A stretch of DNA of 63,986 bases, the filler included, from Reticulomyxa filosa (taxonomy: Eukaryota; Protista; Foraminifera), in the NCBI GenBank assembly GCA_000512085.1. It is 24 parts of 24 records of this genome, joined end to end, with 100 filler letters (N's around TTAATTAATTAA, not from the genome) between each part and the next. Parts side by side here need not be neighbours in the genome. Positions count along the whole stretch, not along the records: positions 50,656 to 51,823 come from ASPP01026808.1; positions 51,924 to 53,137 come from ASPP01013821.1; positions 53,238 to 55,771 come from ASPP01003596.1; positions 55,872 to 57,659 come from ASPP01042418.1; positions 57,760 to 61,328 come from ASPP01034208.1; positions 61,429 to 62,766 come from ASPP01004405.1; positions 62,867 to 63,986 come from ASPP01004924.1; 17 more parts are not named here. One strand, given 5' to 3'. The translations under genes and the position numbers were made by a program. The notes below the pieces were generated by a model. It had not been told where the DNA came from. It was given only the letters and a program-made list of their open reading frames with translations, and did not search any database. Numbering within the stretch: the stretch's first letter is position 1; the number at the start of each line of letters is the position of its first letter. This document shows positions 50,692-62,984 of this stretch, piece after piece.

Positions 50692-51337
50692 CTTGTTGTT
50701 GTTGGATAGTCTGTTGCATCGATTTGAATTTCTTAGTTACTAACTCAAAATGTTGTTTCATATTTTCAATCAAATGCTCTTTCAATTCTTTCTCAAGACA
50801 AGAATACTCACATCCAAATTGTTTGAACCAACAATTGGTAGGTCTTAATAGACATGAGCTATTCAAATGCTCATTTATGTCTTTTATTTTTCCTTTGAAA
50901 TCGCAAGTCACTGTCATATCTCCCACTGTTTGTCCTTCTTCGTCTCTTCCTGCTGTTTCCACATTTTGCTTAAATTGCATTGGACACATTACACTCAATT
51001 CATTAATCTGCACTTGCATTGCTCTTATCTTATAAGTACAGCAACCACTATGAGGCTGAACTGGACATGTATTGCCATTGTCGCTGAAGAATTTGTTTAA
51101 ACAACTTTCCCCGGCAATCAATGCTTCATTCATATCTCTATGTTGCGGACAATTGATTTCAATTGGATTATTTGCAATTTGTTTGCAAATCAAACAAATG
51201 CAATGACGAATTTGTTCTTGTGCGTTTAATTGTGACACCCAATTCTTATCAAAACATTGCTGACCAAAAGAAACTGGAGCTACTCCACTTTCAGCAAATT
51301 CTTTTTCTTTCCTTTTTTCATTTTCAAATTTGCTCAT
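50692..51337 (-). CDS. Degenerate RING plus TRAF-type zinc-finger protein (5' exon)
   Basis: CICLICKQIANNPIEINCPQH...GESCL...CPVQPH; CDFKGKIKDINEHLNSSC; CWFKQFGC...HLIENMKQH; coiled coil followed by a GT donor. Confidence 0.75.
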
Positions 51338-51923
51338 GCTCGCTTTGTCACTTTGGTTTGTCTTCTTTCTGTGGTTTAGAAATTTATCAATGGATAGAAT
51401 TTCTAGTTAAAAAGCAGGGAGGGGGGGCCTAACCCAAAACTGTTGATTTAAAAGTACATGATCAGCAATGACATATGCCGTTGCTTGTTTTTTTTTAAAT
51501 TATGTTTTAATTTTAAAAGATTATTAATTAATTTATTGTTTTTCTTTTTTTTGGTAAAAACAAAAATTTTGAACTAACCCCACAAATAGTTTTGCGGTTT
51601 AGTTAAAACTACACTTAAAATTGCTAGCTAAAGTTGTTTCTATTTCGTGTATAAATACAAATCGACATTTATAACAAAATTTAAAAAAGTTAATCGTGAA
51701 GAGAAAAAAAAGCGTAAAAGTAATGAACAACAGCAACTGTACGCAAGCAAAAAAATAAAAAAAGCGAACATCTCCATGGCAAGTTTGTCAAAGCTTTTCA
51801 CCTTTAGGGAAATACTATTTGTCNNNNNNNNNNNNNNNNNNNNNNNNNNNNNNNNNNNNNNNNNNNNTTAATTAATTAANNNNNNNNNNNNNNNNNNNNN
51901 NNNNNNNNNNNNNNNNNNNNNNN

Positions 51924-51953
51924 GGCTGGGCCCGACATCCGTCGGACCCAGCC
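51924..51953 (-). terminator. GC-rich hairpin downstream of rplL, probable intrinsic terminator (U-tract cut off by contig end)
   Basis: Minus strand GGCTGGGTCCGAC-GGAT-GTCGGGCCCAGCC forms a 13-bp stem with one G-U pair. Confidence 0.6.
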
Positions 51954-51992
51954 AGTTTCAGACGATCAGGATGCGCAGGGCATCCAGCCCGA

Positions 51993-52373
51993 TCACTTCA
52001 GCTCGACTTTCGCGCCAGCTTCTTCGAGCTTTTTCTTCATGGCTTCGGCGTCGGCCTTGGAAGCGCCTTCCTTGACCTTGCCACCGGCTTCGACCAGGTC
52101 CTTGGCTTCTTTCAGGCCCAGACCGGTGATCGCGCGCACTTCCTTGATCACGTTGATCTTGTTCGCACCCGCGTCGGTCAGCACGACGTCGAATTCGGTC
52201 TTTTCTTCCTCGGCAGCAGCCGGCGCAGCGCCAGCGGCCGGACCGGCAACCATCACCGCGCCACCAGCGGCGGGCTCGATGCCGTATTTGTCCTTGAGGA
52301 TGGTTTTCAGTTCTTGCGCCTGAAGCAGGGTCAGACCCACGATTTCTTCGGCGAGTTTGTTCAGATCAGCCAT
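51993..52373 (-). CDS. rplL: 50S ribosomal protein L7/L12 (alphaproteobacterial, Rhodobacteraceae-like)
   Basis: [52 protein letters not shown]; GC-rich bacterial codon usage. Confidence 0.98.
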   Translation of the reverse strand: MADLNKLAEEIVGLTLLQAQELKTILKDKYGIEPAAGGAVMVAGPAAGAAPAAAEEEKTEFDVVLTDAGANKINVIKEVRAITGLGLKEAKDLVEAGGKVKEGASKADAEAMKKKLEEAGAKVELK

Positions 52374-52442
52374 TTTCTGTTCCGTTCTTTCAAGATGGGT
52401 TCCAACGTCAGGGTATCAACCCCACGAAGGCAAAAGGTTGCT

Positions 52443-52958
52443 TCAGGCGGCTTCCCGCTCCTCGAGAGTCGTGAGGATGCTCGCGATGTTCGAAGCAGGC
52501 GCACCGATCGCACCAGCAATGGCGGACGCAGGCGACCCGATCATCGACACGATCTGAGCGATGAGCTCTTCACGCGACGGCATCGAGGCGACAGCCTTCA
52601 CACCAGCCTGGTCAAGGACCGTATCGCCCATGGCGCCGCCAAGGATCACGAACTTGTCGTTCTTCTTGGCATAGGCTTCCGTGACCTTCGCCGCAGCGAC
52701 GGGGTCCTCGGAAAAGGCGAATACGGTCATCCCTTTCAGGAGGTCACCCATGCTTGCGCCGGGCTTTCCTTCGAGGGCGATCTTGGCGAGCTTGTTCTTG
52801 GCAACGCGAACGGACCCACCAACGGTGCGCATCTCTGCGCGCAGGTCCTGCATCTGTGCAACCGTCATGCCTTCGTAGTGGGCAACCACCACGACGCCAG
52901 AGCTTTCGAAGATCTGGCCGAGTTCCTCGACCACTTTCTCTTTCTGGGCTCTATCCAC
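52443..52958 (-). CDS. rplJ: 50S ribosomal protein L10
   Basis: GTG start at 52958 after a GGAG RBS; [13 protein letters not shown]...[18 protein letters not shown]...[13 protein letters not shown]...MPSREELIA; directly upstream of rplL. Confidence 0.97.
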   Translation of the reverse strand: MDRAQKEKVVEELGQIFESSGVVVVAHYEGMTVAQMQDLRAEMRTVGGSVRVAKNKLAKIALEGKPGASMGDLLKGMTVFAFSEDPVAAAKVTEAYAKKNDKFVILGGAMGDTVLDQAGVKAVASMPSREELIAQIVSMIGSPASAIAGAIGAPASNIASILTTLEEREAA

Positions 52959-53074
52959 AGTTTCACTCCAAGTGTGGGGGTTTCCCCCCGGCTCATGTTT
53001 GTCCCGGACAGGTCCGGAACGTTCGGGTCCGATCAGAGGTCCCGAGGCCAAAACCGCCCGAGGAGACCCCGGAC

Positions 53075-53137
53075 AATCCGTCTCGTTCACCCATCTCAGG
53101 CAGGAAATTAAGAGGCGAACCCCACCCACCGTCTCGG
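53075..53137 (-). promoter_or_regulatory. L10 leader (autoregulatory RNA bound by L10-(L12)n)
   Basis: Minus strand CCGAGACGGTGGGTGG...TTAATTTCCTGCCTGAGATGGG has the AGAC..GG..TTAAT..CCTGC..AGA pattern of L10 leaders, in the expected position upstream of rplJ. Confidence 0.7.
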
Positions 53138-53237
53138 NNNNNNNNNNNNNNNNNNNNNNNNNNNNNNNNNNNNNNNNNNNNTTAATTAATTAANNNNNNN
53201 NNNNNNNNNNNNNNNNNNNNNNNNNNNNNNNNNNNNN

Positions 53238-53274
53238 GCCATTTAGTTATGTCAGTTTTTTTTGCAATATACTG
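53238..53274. mobile_element. Tc1-family TIR tip (...GTTTTTTTTGCAATATACTG|TA)
   Basis: Matches the termini at 2860 and 3856. Confidence 0.7.
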
Positions 53275-54499
53275 TAATATAAAAGAATTAAATAAACAAG
53301 TATTTACATATAGACACACATTTTAAATTAAATACAAAAACGAATATCACTTTCATTATTTAGATGAAGAATAATAAAATATAGATAATACTTATAGATG
53401 TTCTATGAAAATAAAAGCGATGATAATACAATAGTTCATGTTGGAGTAGATCTAATGACAACACGAAAGTACATTTTAGTACAAATTTAGATAATCTATT
53501 TGAAAAGTAAAGAAGTTAAAATGCATGATATAGAAGTATTTGAAAAAAAATTGGAAGAATTTGACAAATAAAAAGAATAAAATTGAAAACGTTGATTTGA
53601 TATTTGTAATTATGATAACGAGTTTAAAGATATAAAAGAAAAAGTATCGTGTTTATGTAGCATACATTGAGATCCATAAAGTAGATTGGATAACTACTTC
53701 AAAGTTTGAAAGTGGGTTGTATTTGGATTACCTATGTTGTTAATATTGTTGAATTTTTTAAAGTAGTTTTAACTTTTTTAAGAAAAAACAAAATTTAATA
53801 AATAAAAACAAATTCAAGGTTGAACTGATGTCTTTTTTGTTTTTTGTAAGGAGTCAAAGATTTGAAACATACTTGTCTAAAAGGCAGTAAATTTTCATAT
53901 AAGTATAAGCAAACACTTAATCTGACAATATTGTTATTTTGAATAACATCATTATATGTTAACATAAAAAAAAAGAGACAATAAATTAAACTAAAACAAA
54001 TAAAACCGCTTTAGGGTATATGTATGCATGAGAAACTTTTAGGGAAATTGAAAGTAAGTTTAGACAATGTAAAGATCTCTTTTACGTATTTTTGATTGTT
54101 TTTGTGTAAAAAAAACTTTGGAAAAGCATTATTATTGCATGCTGCACGTCAATACACTTGTTGTAAAAATATACATGATCAAACAAAACTAATCGACACT
54201 ATTACTCTGTGGTATTGAAAAGTGTTTGGATGTTTCAAGACAGTCAATCAAAACAAAGAAAAGACATACCATAAAAAATGAAAGAAATGCTTAACAAAAA
54301 ATTATTTGAGTAAAAATTCTTATAAGTGATCAATATAATTCATTTCAAAGTATATTTATTGATCAAAAGACTGTACTTACTTTACTGTCTGCCTTTCAAA
54401 ATAAGAAATCTTTCCCTTTTTAATCAAACTTTTCAAACAAAAACGCTTCTATTTCTTATTCGACAAAGCAGTAAATTATCCCCAAATACTAATGATACC

Positions 54500-55051
54500 T
54501 CCGCCTGAACCATAACATAAATTCAAATCATTTAATATTATCTGTCATTTTTTTCTTTTTCAATACAATAAATTTAAGACAAAGTATTCCATTATCTCCT
54601 TCCTTATCTCCTTTGATCATGTACAGTTCATTCTTATTTGATCGAATATCCCAAAAACGAATTGTATTATCATCTGATCCAGAACATATCACATAACCAA
54701 TATGTCCAGTGAACGTATTGATTAATTTGGATGATGAACAAAATGTCTCAAACATGAAGATAATAGATATCTATATTAAATAAACATTTTGATTAGTATT
54801 TTAGAAAAAAGAAAGAATAAATGAACTAACATAATTGACAACAAGTTTGTCAAGCTCATTAATCCATCCTAATTTGATTTCCAATATTCGAATCCAATGT
54901 TGTATAATTACTTGAATCCTTTCTTCTTCGGACTATTTGGGTCATAAATTTATATACGATAAATAAAACAAAAAACTTTCTGAAAGCTTATAATAAAGCT
55001 TACCAACTCTAATTGAGTTAGAGTTTGCTTCTCATTACTAAGAGTTGTCAT
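54500..55051 (-). pseudogene. Internally deleted WD40-family gene
   Basis: MTTLSNEKQTL | EEERIQVIIQHWIRILEIKLGWINELDKLVVNY | MFETFCSSSKLINTFTGH..ICSGSDDNTIRFWDIRSNKNEL; most repeats are missing. Confidence 0.7.
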
Positions 55052-56123
55052 TTTTTTTTTCTTAAGTTTGTTTTTGATGATGTAAAAATTAAGATCTTGA
55101 ACTTTTTCTTTTCGAAGGTAATGAAAGTGGTTTTCAAAAATATTATTGTCGACATGAAAAACGGATTTTGACAAACATATTAATTTTTTTTCAATGAATA
55201 TAAAATTTTTAAACTTATGTTACTCAGTTTTCAAATAATATATAAACAAATCATTACCAATTGTGAAGAATTATGTAAGCATATTTATTATCTTTTCCTC
55301 CATGTGTGATAGATCTAGTTTCTCTACATACTTAACCTTTCTTCGTCAGCACTTTGAAAGTGACATAACTGAGTTTATTTACTCTATCTTTTTGAGATTT
55401 TGAATCCGTGAAGCTATCCATTGTCAAAGCTCTTCATTAATCAGAGCAAAGAAAGTGTAGTAAAACTCTATTCGAAGAATATAGCCAAAAAGGAATCAAC
55501 TAGATTTGTGCGTTCGATCAATTCCAAATATGATATTCTATTTTTTTTTTCCATTACTTCAAATTTTCTTGTTTGCTATCCATTAAAAAAATCAATATTC
55601 TTTTTGGTTTACTGTTTCACTTGATAATTGATATTGCGTTCTTCAAAAATTTTTCAAAACAGAATTAAGAGAATATAATTAATTTATTTGAATTTTCAGT
55701 TTTTATCAATAAAAATAAAATTTACCAATATATATTTAATCAAATAAGCAAAAAACCTAATTTTTTTAATTNNNNNNNNNNNNNNNNNNNNNNNNNNNNN
55801 NNNNNNNNNNNNNNNTTAATTAATTAANNNNNNNNNNNNNNNNNNNNNNNNNNNNNNNNNNNNNNNNNNNNGTTCACACATGTGTATCAGTATATTTTAT
55901 CCCTAATTTGTACTGCTTTGTCTCTTATTTTCATAAACTAATTGTTCTAAGAAATAGGATATACAACAAGAAAACTCATTTATTTAAAAAAATGTTAAGG
56001 ATGAAACCTAAACATGTGAAATTTTTTAGTTTCTTCGATGGCAAACATGGACACTGACTTGACAACTTAAACTTTAATTTCTTGCTTCACAATTACTCGG
56101 TCATCAACTGTTCAATTATATAA

Positions 56124-56471
56124 ATGATGGCCATCTTGATTTCTAAAGTTACGTATGTTTTGATCGAAAAACAAGAAAACGATATTATTAGAATTAGCAA
56201 TAAATGTTTTGAGCTGTTCTATGATTATATCAATTTTGGCAAATCTACAAAGAATGATTCCATCATTTTTAATGAAACAATTGTTATTTTGAAAAAGCGA
56301 GTCAAAATATATTCCCTTTTCGAAAGCAAAATCATAATGTGTTTGATGAAGTCAAAAGCAGGAGAAAAATTTTCGAGAATAATTACTTTTATAGACGCAA
56401 CTGAATCCATGAATCACTTGTTACATAAGCGAAAATCAGTAAGCACAATGACAATGAAAACCTCCAAGTGA
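56124..56471 (+). pseudogene. vWA-domain family remnant
   Basis: SRIITFIDATESMNHLL resembles a DATGSM MIDAS motif; truncated. Confidence 0.4.
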
Positions 56472-57759
56472 CTTTGAAATGCAATCTCTGTATATTGCAA
56501 GTATGGCGTATCCGAGAGGACGGAGCAAGTGGTCGTCACTGAGACAAATACCAGTGGCTCCATGGTATACATACACACACATGCCCGTTGTAAAGAGTTT
56601 GTATCAATGCAATCTTGGGACAACTTCCCCTTAATGCATACACAATATCGTTACTTTACAGCAGCTCGAGATATGCACAAACGTTTTTTTTTAACATACA
56701 AGACGGACTGAGACGTGAGCGTGTTCGAGTGGACCAACTCGTTTGTCATTTCCTTGCAATATTCCTATCGCTTTAACATCTCCGACCCATTCGTCGTGGT
56801 CCAGCTGCAATATTACATACCCATCGATTGGATCTATATACCCTCACAAAAAAAAACGATCTCAAATGGCAGTCCTGCTGGAACGCGTAATGAAATGATA
56901 AGCGCTTTTGCAAGTGCTTCGAGTTGTTCAGGTATCTTTTTTGAAAAAGCTTCACATCTTGTTTACTTGTCTACAAATCAAAGGGCACCCAATCAATTTT
57001 TTTGAGATGATCTCTCTTTTATCACCCAATCAAAAAAACAAAACAAAGTATAAAATGATTGCAATGTACACAACATACAAACGCATAGACAAATACTGAA
57101 ATGGCGACACAGGTATTGCAATTTCTTTAAATTTCCAAACAAAAATAAGTCAATAAATTGTATGTTGTGTACCATAGGTAATATTGAACGAATGCAAAAA
57201 AATTTTTGTCAATATCTCGCCATTGCTTTATGTGACAGGCAACAATGCAATTCACGCAATGCATCACAAACTTAATCGTATGAAGAATGTGCATTTTTGC
57301 ATGTACTCGCTTTTGTTAGAAAACATCACGACCCTGCTTTTTCCGTTTCACTTTTTTTTTATTGGAAATTTTTTTTAATCTGTTCAAGCCTTTTTATGTG
57401 AGCAGGCCGCAATTAACTTGAAAAAAATTTTAAAATGAGAAAAACATCAACTTTTTTGTCTGTCTTGAACCATGGTGAATGTACATAAAACAAAGTGCAA
57501 ATTAAATGTTTCCAATAAACTCAGTATTTCCACAATGTTTGCCACAAAATTATTTTTTTTTATCTTAAAGTGGATTTATTGCTCATTTAACGTCGTTCCG
57601 TTTCATTGTGTCCAGTAGGAGTGTAGGGGGCAAACAGAGGAGAAAATATGAATGGAAAANNNNNNNNNNNNNNNNNNNNNNNNNNNNNNNNNNNNNNNNN
57701 NNNTTAATTAATTAANNNNNNNNNNNNNNNNNNNNNNNNNNNNNNNNNNNNNNNNNNNN

Positions 57760-58507
57760 TTACATTCTAATTCAAACTGTTTCAGGAGTTTTTCTTTCGA
57801 TCCAAATGATCCATTTTTGAATATTTTTGTTTTCACTATCCACCACCTATTTTCGATTTGCTTCAGGTCTGAAGAATTTGAAGTGAAATTTAATATTTTG
57901 TTAGCGTTTTGTTTAAATCTTTTTTTACTATAATTTCTTTGTGACTAGTGGCATTATCTTGCTGAAATATACAATTTCCATTATCTTCTAAACACCAATT
58001 AATGCTTTCTGATCATTTCATCAAATAGAATTTCTTTATAAAAATATGCATTGATACATCAATTAATGTTACATGCATAAACAGGTCCTAACACTACAAA
58101 GCAAGACCACACGTTATGCTTCCACTACCGACTATTGATGTTTTTATGATGAATGTCAGCTTCCATTTACGCACACATTCATGATTTACACAATTGTTTT
58201 ACAACTTTGACCAAACTCCAGCACTGATTCAACAGCTCAACAGCACGTCTTTTGTTAAAATTCTCAATCCTTTACAATTTAAAAAATCAAATATCAAACG
58301 ACATTGATCAAAAAATAAAATAAAATAAAGGATAAAATATTGAAATAATTAGTAAAAGTGTAATAAAAATCAAATGATATTTAAAAGGTACAAGATTTGT
58401 AGATATTTTTTAAAAAAATTATGTCTGAATGTTGTTTTTTCATGTAGAAAACCAATCATCTCTATAAGGTGCCATTTTAGGTATCAACTTTACTTTGCAT
58501 TCTACTG
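57760..58507 (-). mobile_element. Degenerate Tc1-family transposon (5' TIR plus transposase remnants)
   Basis: TIR ends CTACTG|TA at 58507. Minus strand gives KRRAVELL (HTH), GSGSI-VWSCF, CIFQQDNATSH (~57974-57941) and SNSSDLKQIENRW (~57885-57845). Confidence 0.85.
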
Positions 58508-59046
58508 TATATAATACATTGTCATATAAACATTGCTAGAAAATCAAATAACTAAACATTTAGGTAAATAATTTATATACGATAATAAAAATAATTACAC
58601 ATACAAGCTAATGTCAAATGTGACATTATTTTACATATTTTTATAAATATTTAATTTAATTTTGTTGTTTTTAAATTATATGTTGATATCGCAATATGTT
58701 TGTTTATTTTAAGTCAATATTATAAATTGTTAAATTTTAATTAAACTTAACATCAGTTTGCTAAACTTTCTTCACAAACACAACTAACATTTTTTGTTAA
58801 TATTTTATTTGTTTTGTTGTAGATTTACTTTCTTTTTATTAAAATTAATTTTTATGGCCAAGTTCATTTCTTATTGCACTTAGCATAAATTTGTTTCACT
58901 CACAATATGTTTATTTACTTTTTTACAAATGACATTGAAATAATAATATTTTCACGAGTTGTCTTTTCAAATGACAAAAGAACATATTTATCTTCAGTCA
59001 TTTTTTTTAAAGATGATATGTTCATTATTCAAGTTTTTCAATTAAT

Positions 59047-60926
59047 TTAAAATCTCTCCCATAATTGAATGTTTCCATCGATTGACTGTGACACAATCAT
59101 GTTACCGTCAAGTGAAAATTCGACTCCTGTAACACAGCTTGAATGTCCTTTTAGTATTTGTATTTCAGTTTCAGTTTTTACATCCCATAATCGAATAGTT
59201 TTGTCATCTGAACATGATACAACCGTTTGTCCATCAGGTGAAAAGTTTACATCTCTTATTGTCTCAGAATGTCCTTGAAATTTTTTTATTTCTTTGTTTG
59301 ATTTGGCATCAAATATTTGTATAGTATTGTCATTCGAATATGATACAAAAAATAGGCAATCTGGTGAAAATATTGTGCCATTCACTTTTCTTGAATATTC
59401 TTTACGAACTTGGATCTCTTTGCCTGAATCAATATCACATATCCAAACTGTCCCATCACCGGATGACAAAACAAGTTTGGAGCCATCTGACGAAAATTTT
59501 ACTGTACTTACATTAGCGTACTGCGTGTGCATCTCTTTTAAAGGTTTGAAATATTTCGTCTATTGTCATAATTGGATCGCGTTAGATAAAGCATTTACTG
59601 AATAAACAAATATATACATATATGTACGTATACAAGAATATAACGCGCAATGATAATGTCAAAATAATCAGTCCATCCAAAATTGAGTAGCAAAGAACGA
59701 AGCCAGTATTCAATTACTGTCTTGATTTCTTTTTGTCGCTATTTTAGAACAGTCAAGATTTCTGCAAGTATTTGTTTGACTCATTTAGTAATTGCCCAAG
59801 ACATCAATACCAACTCAACTTTCAACTTCTTTACCTCAAATCCGTGTTCCATTGCCTCTATTTCATGTTTGGTTTCTCTCAATTGTGAAATTTCCTGTTC
59901 TTCAGCCATCCATTGTTTTTCTCGTGGTGTCTCTTCCCCCAGCCATTCCTGCACACCTGTCCTCGTATGTGTGGACATCAAACGCTTTCTGGTATTTTTA
60001 CCGCCAAGAATATGCACAAATGTTTTGTCTCCATTTGGTATTGCAGCACATCCATGCAATGGAATTGGCAATGTGCGTTCAAATTTCGTCCATATATTAT
60101 CATGCATTGCATACTTGAACACATCTCTGATCCGAGTGCATCTGCGGTATCCACCAAAAAATAGAATGGTCTCATTGATACACACATAAGCATATCTCAG
60201 CAAGAATCTCATATCTCTGCAAACATGTAATGGTTTAATCCCAAATGAATTGCTTTCTTCATCATATTCGATTGATAACCCTGTCTCTTCACAAAACAAT
60301 ACCATTTCATGTTTCCTTGCCATTGATTCTAATCCATAACATGTCTTCAACACAAAGCAATGATATGATGTCCCATTCTCAGATTGTATTGGCAACGTAC
60401 TTTGATTGACATATTGCAAAGTATGCAAATTAAACACGCTGATATTGTTTGGATAATAAGTAATAAACAATAAATTACCATCCACCACCGCACGTGCTCC
60501 TTCATAGTTATCGCTGCTTTTGCCAATACAAATTGCTTTGTTTTCACTGTCAATGAAAGGGAGCCAGATATTGCATGTGTCTTTGATTTTTTCCCTTTCG
60601 CTATCATTACTCCAAACACTTACATAATTCATCATCAATGTGTGCTTATGAAATCCGCCAAATGACAGCAATGTGATCCCATTTTTATGCTTTGGACTAT
60701 TCTTAAGCTGCACCACACAGTGTCCCTGCAAGGTAGCGTTTGGATAAAGACAGATGAGCTTGTACTGATTGCTGGGTATATGGTAGGAATAACAGCAGTC
60801 ACTGTTCGTACCTCCACAAATGAGTAGTTCTTCATTGTAGGATATACATTGAGCATGGCAAAGTGGAACAGGCAGAGGGTTCAATGTTTCAAAAGGAGTT
60901 GTGATTTTGCTAGCAGATATATCCAT
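59047..60926 (-). CDS. Kelch-like propeller, helical linker and WD40 repeats; exons 60926-59820, 59738-59634, 59559-59047
   Basis: Phase-0 GT-AG splices join LLICGG/LLSFGG/LFFGGY/ILGG Kelch blades to RQKEIKTVIEYWLRSLLLNFGWTDYFDIIIARYIL and then four WD40 repeats (GHSETIRDVNFSPDGQTVVSCSDDKTIRLWD). Confidence 0.85.
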
Positions 60927-61428
60927 ATCAATGATAGAATGTTGCGTTTTGATTCACTTTGGGGGGATTTTTTTAGAAGGTGAACTTGAAGAGGCCTACA
61001 CTCACTTTTAACTGTAAAAATGTGTATTTTAAACTTGCAAATCATGGCTGTGTAACGTACGTAAACAAGTCGAACCGGAATAAAATCAAGCTAGAGAGAG
61101 AGCGCCATGTTCAACGACATACAGTTTTGTTCTGCCGACTGGAACATTAGAAATAAGTTGTTCAAAAACATTGCAAGTGGAAAAGCTTGTCTCTTTACAA
61201 ACTTGCTCCCCTCTTGCAAAGAGGGAGAGGGGAGCGGAGGGGAAAAACAAAAAAAACCCCTGTGAAAGGGGGTGAGCGTAAAAATATTTCTAAATAAAAA
61301 AAAAAAAGCGCAGCAAAAAAAAAAGAAANNNNNNNNNNNNNNNNNNNNNNNNNNNNNNNNNNNNNNNNNNNNTTAATTAATTAANNNNNNNNNNNNNNNN
61401 NNNNNNNNNNNNNNNNNNNNNNNNNNNN

Positions 61429-61766
61429 TTGTAATGGTCACTGTCGTTGTCAAAACGGCTTTGTCGGTTTACCGAAGCATTGCCCAACCAAACCAAGTGT
61501 GTATGAATATGAGAGTATGTGTGATGATGAATGGAACTTTTCAGAATCTGTTGGATTGGAGCCCACTACGTGTGAGGGAATGGTGGGACGCCAATGGCTA
61601 TCCTGAAATCGATGGCAAGACGATCAGCTTGGCAAAGGTGCATGGAAAAGCCTTAGTTGATCTGATAAACGATGTAACGGCATTTGAAAAGACTTTTCCG
61701 CACTCAGGTAGTGTCTATTGTGATATAAAAGCCGAGGTTGAATATTGGCTCAAGAAATACTCGTAA
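61429..61766 (+). CDS. C-terminal SAM-like domain (3' fragment)
   Basis: LLDWSPLRVREWW...KVHGKALVDL fits the SAM W-x4-V-x2-W and idG..Ll.L pattern. Confidence 0.5.
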
Positions 61767-62393
61767 TGATCATTGTTTATTTGTATCATTTTTTTTTCTC
61801 TCAGAACTTTTTCCACTTAATTTCAAGGTGAACACTTGTGGAATTGTATGTAATGTATGTTTATACCGTACGAACTCGATTTGTTTCATGAGATACTTCC
61901 ACATTCACAGGAATGGTTCGACAGACGCATATTTTGTTGTTACTATTATTTTGGTTGTGGTTTGTCTATCAATACTTTTTAAATCGCACTTTTTCAACGA
62001 AAATCATGCTTCACTAATTTATTTTTAGTTGTCCTGTTTTAGATGCGAAATTGCTTTTAAACAAGCTTGCACAAAAAGGTTAAAATTTCTAGCAATCGCT
62101 CGTTTGTATTTGCTCAGCAATTGTATTTTACTGCGTTGTTCTATCAAGTTGGAAAGACTGAGTTGTCTGAGCGTGTTTTTTTAAAAAAAATGCTATCTGG
62201 ATAATACAAAAAAAATAGTGAATTGTTTATCTGAGTAAGAGAGACTACTAGTTCAATTTAAAAAAAAAAAAATAGGGAGCATTGCTAGTGAGGAAAATAG
62301 ATTGAAACAATAACATTACCTTTCTTTCTTCTTCACGCCACAAAAATCTCAAAATTGTGAAATTGTTGTGGTCAAAAAAAAAATAAAAAAAAA

Positions 62394-62766
62394 TCACTGT
62401 TTTCGATAAATCATGCCTTTCATCAAATCCAGCGAATTTCCATCAGGATGTAAAGTATACAAAGTGTTATTGTCATTGATATCGGTAGCCACAAGCATTC
62501 CGTTATCGTCAACGCCTTGAATGATCATAGTTTTTGTGTCATTGTCATTTTTGACTTGAATTTTTTGGCGTGAATGCATCCAACAGCTAGTATACATGTG
62601 TTTGAAAGGAGAGAATCCAAAAGTGGCAAAATCGCTCCACATGGGTTCAAACTGGTTGCAAAATGCACTTAAAATATTCTCCTTGCGCAAAGGGTAGTTG
62701 ATGTTGTTAGTGTTATTCCCCTTCACTTCCATACCAACAGAAGAAGAAGAAGAAGAAGAAGAAGAA
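62394..62766 (-). CDS. Biotin-protein ligase / holocarboxylase synthetase, C-terminus
   Basis: KENILSAFCNQFE..FGFSPFKHMYTSCWMHSRQKI...IQGVDDNGMLVA...LHPDGNSLDLMKGMI is the typical eukaryotic HLCS/BPL1 C-terminus. Confidence 0.9.
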
Positions 62767-62984
62767 NNNNNNNNNNNNNNNNNNNNNNNNNNNNNNNNNN
62801 NNNNNNNNNNTTAATTAATTAANNNNNNNNNNNNNNNNNNNNNNNNNNNNNNNNNNNNNNNNNNNNAAAAAAAAAAAAAATTTTTTTGCACTTTCTCTCT
62901 CTGTTTCCGTTTTGCTTAGTCAGCAGTTTTTTTTGGTTTTTTTTTTTTTTTATAATGTTTTACGTTTTGATTTGTGTTTTGCCT

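Noticed and set aside
52314-53111. 265-aa plus-strand ORF and other overlapping ORFs on the bacterial contig
   Set aside because: Antisense shadows of GC-rich rplJ/rplL.
52959-53129. N-terminal extension of L10 in ORF 52443..53129
   Set aside because: This is leader RNA. The true start is GTG at 52958 after a GGAG RBS, giving a normal-length L10.
11902-62866. Recurrent TTAATTAATTAA flanked by N runs, which could be read as a repeat array or PacI-like sites
   Set aside because: Artificial contig linker with six-frame stops. It is not biological, and gene neighbourhood across it is meaningless.
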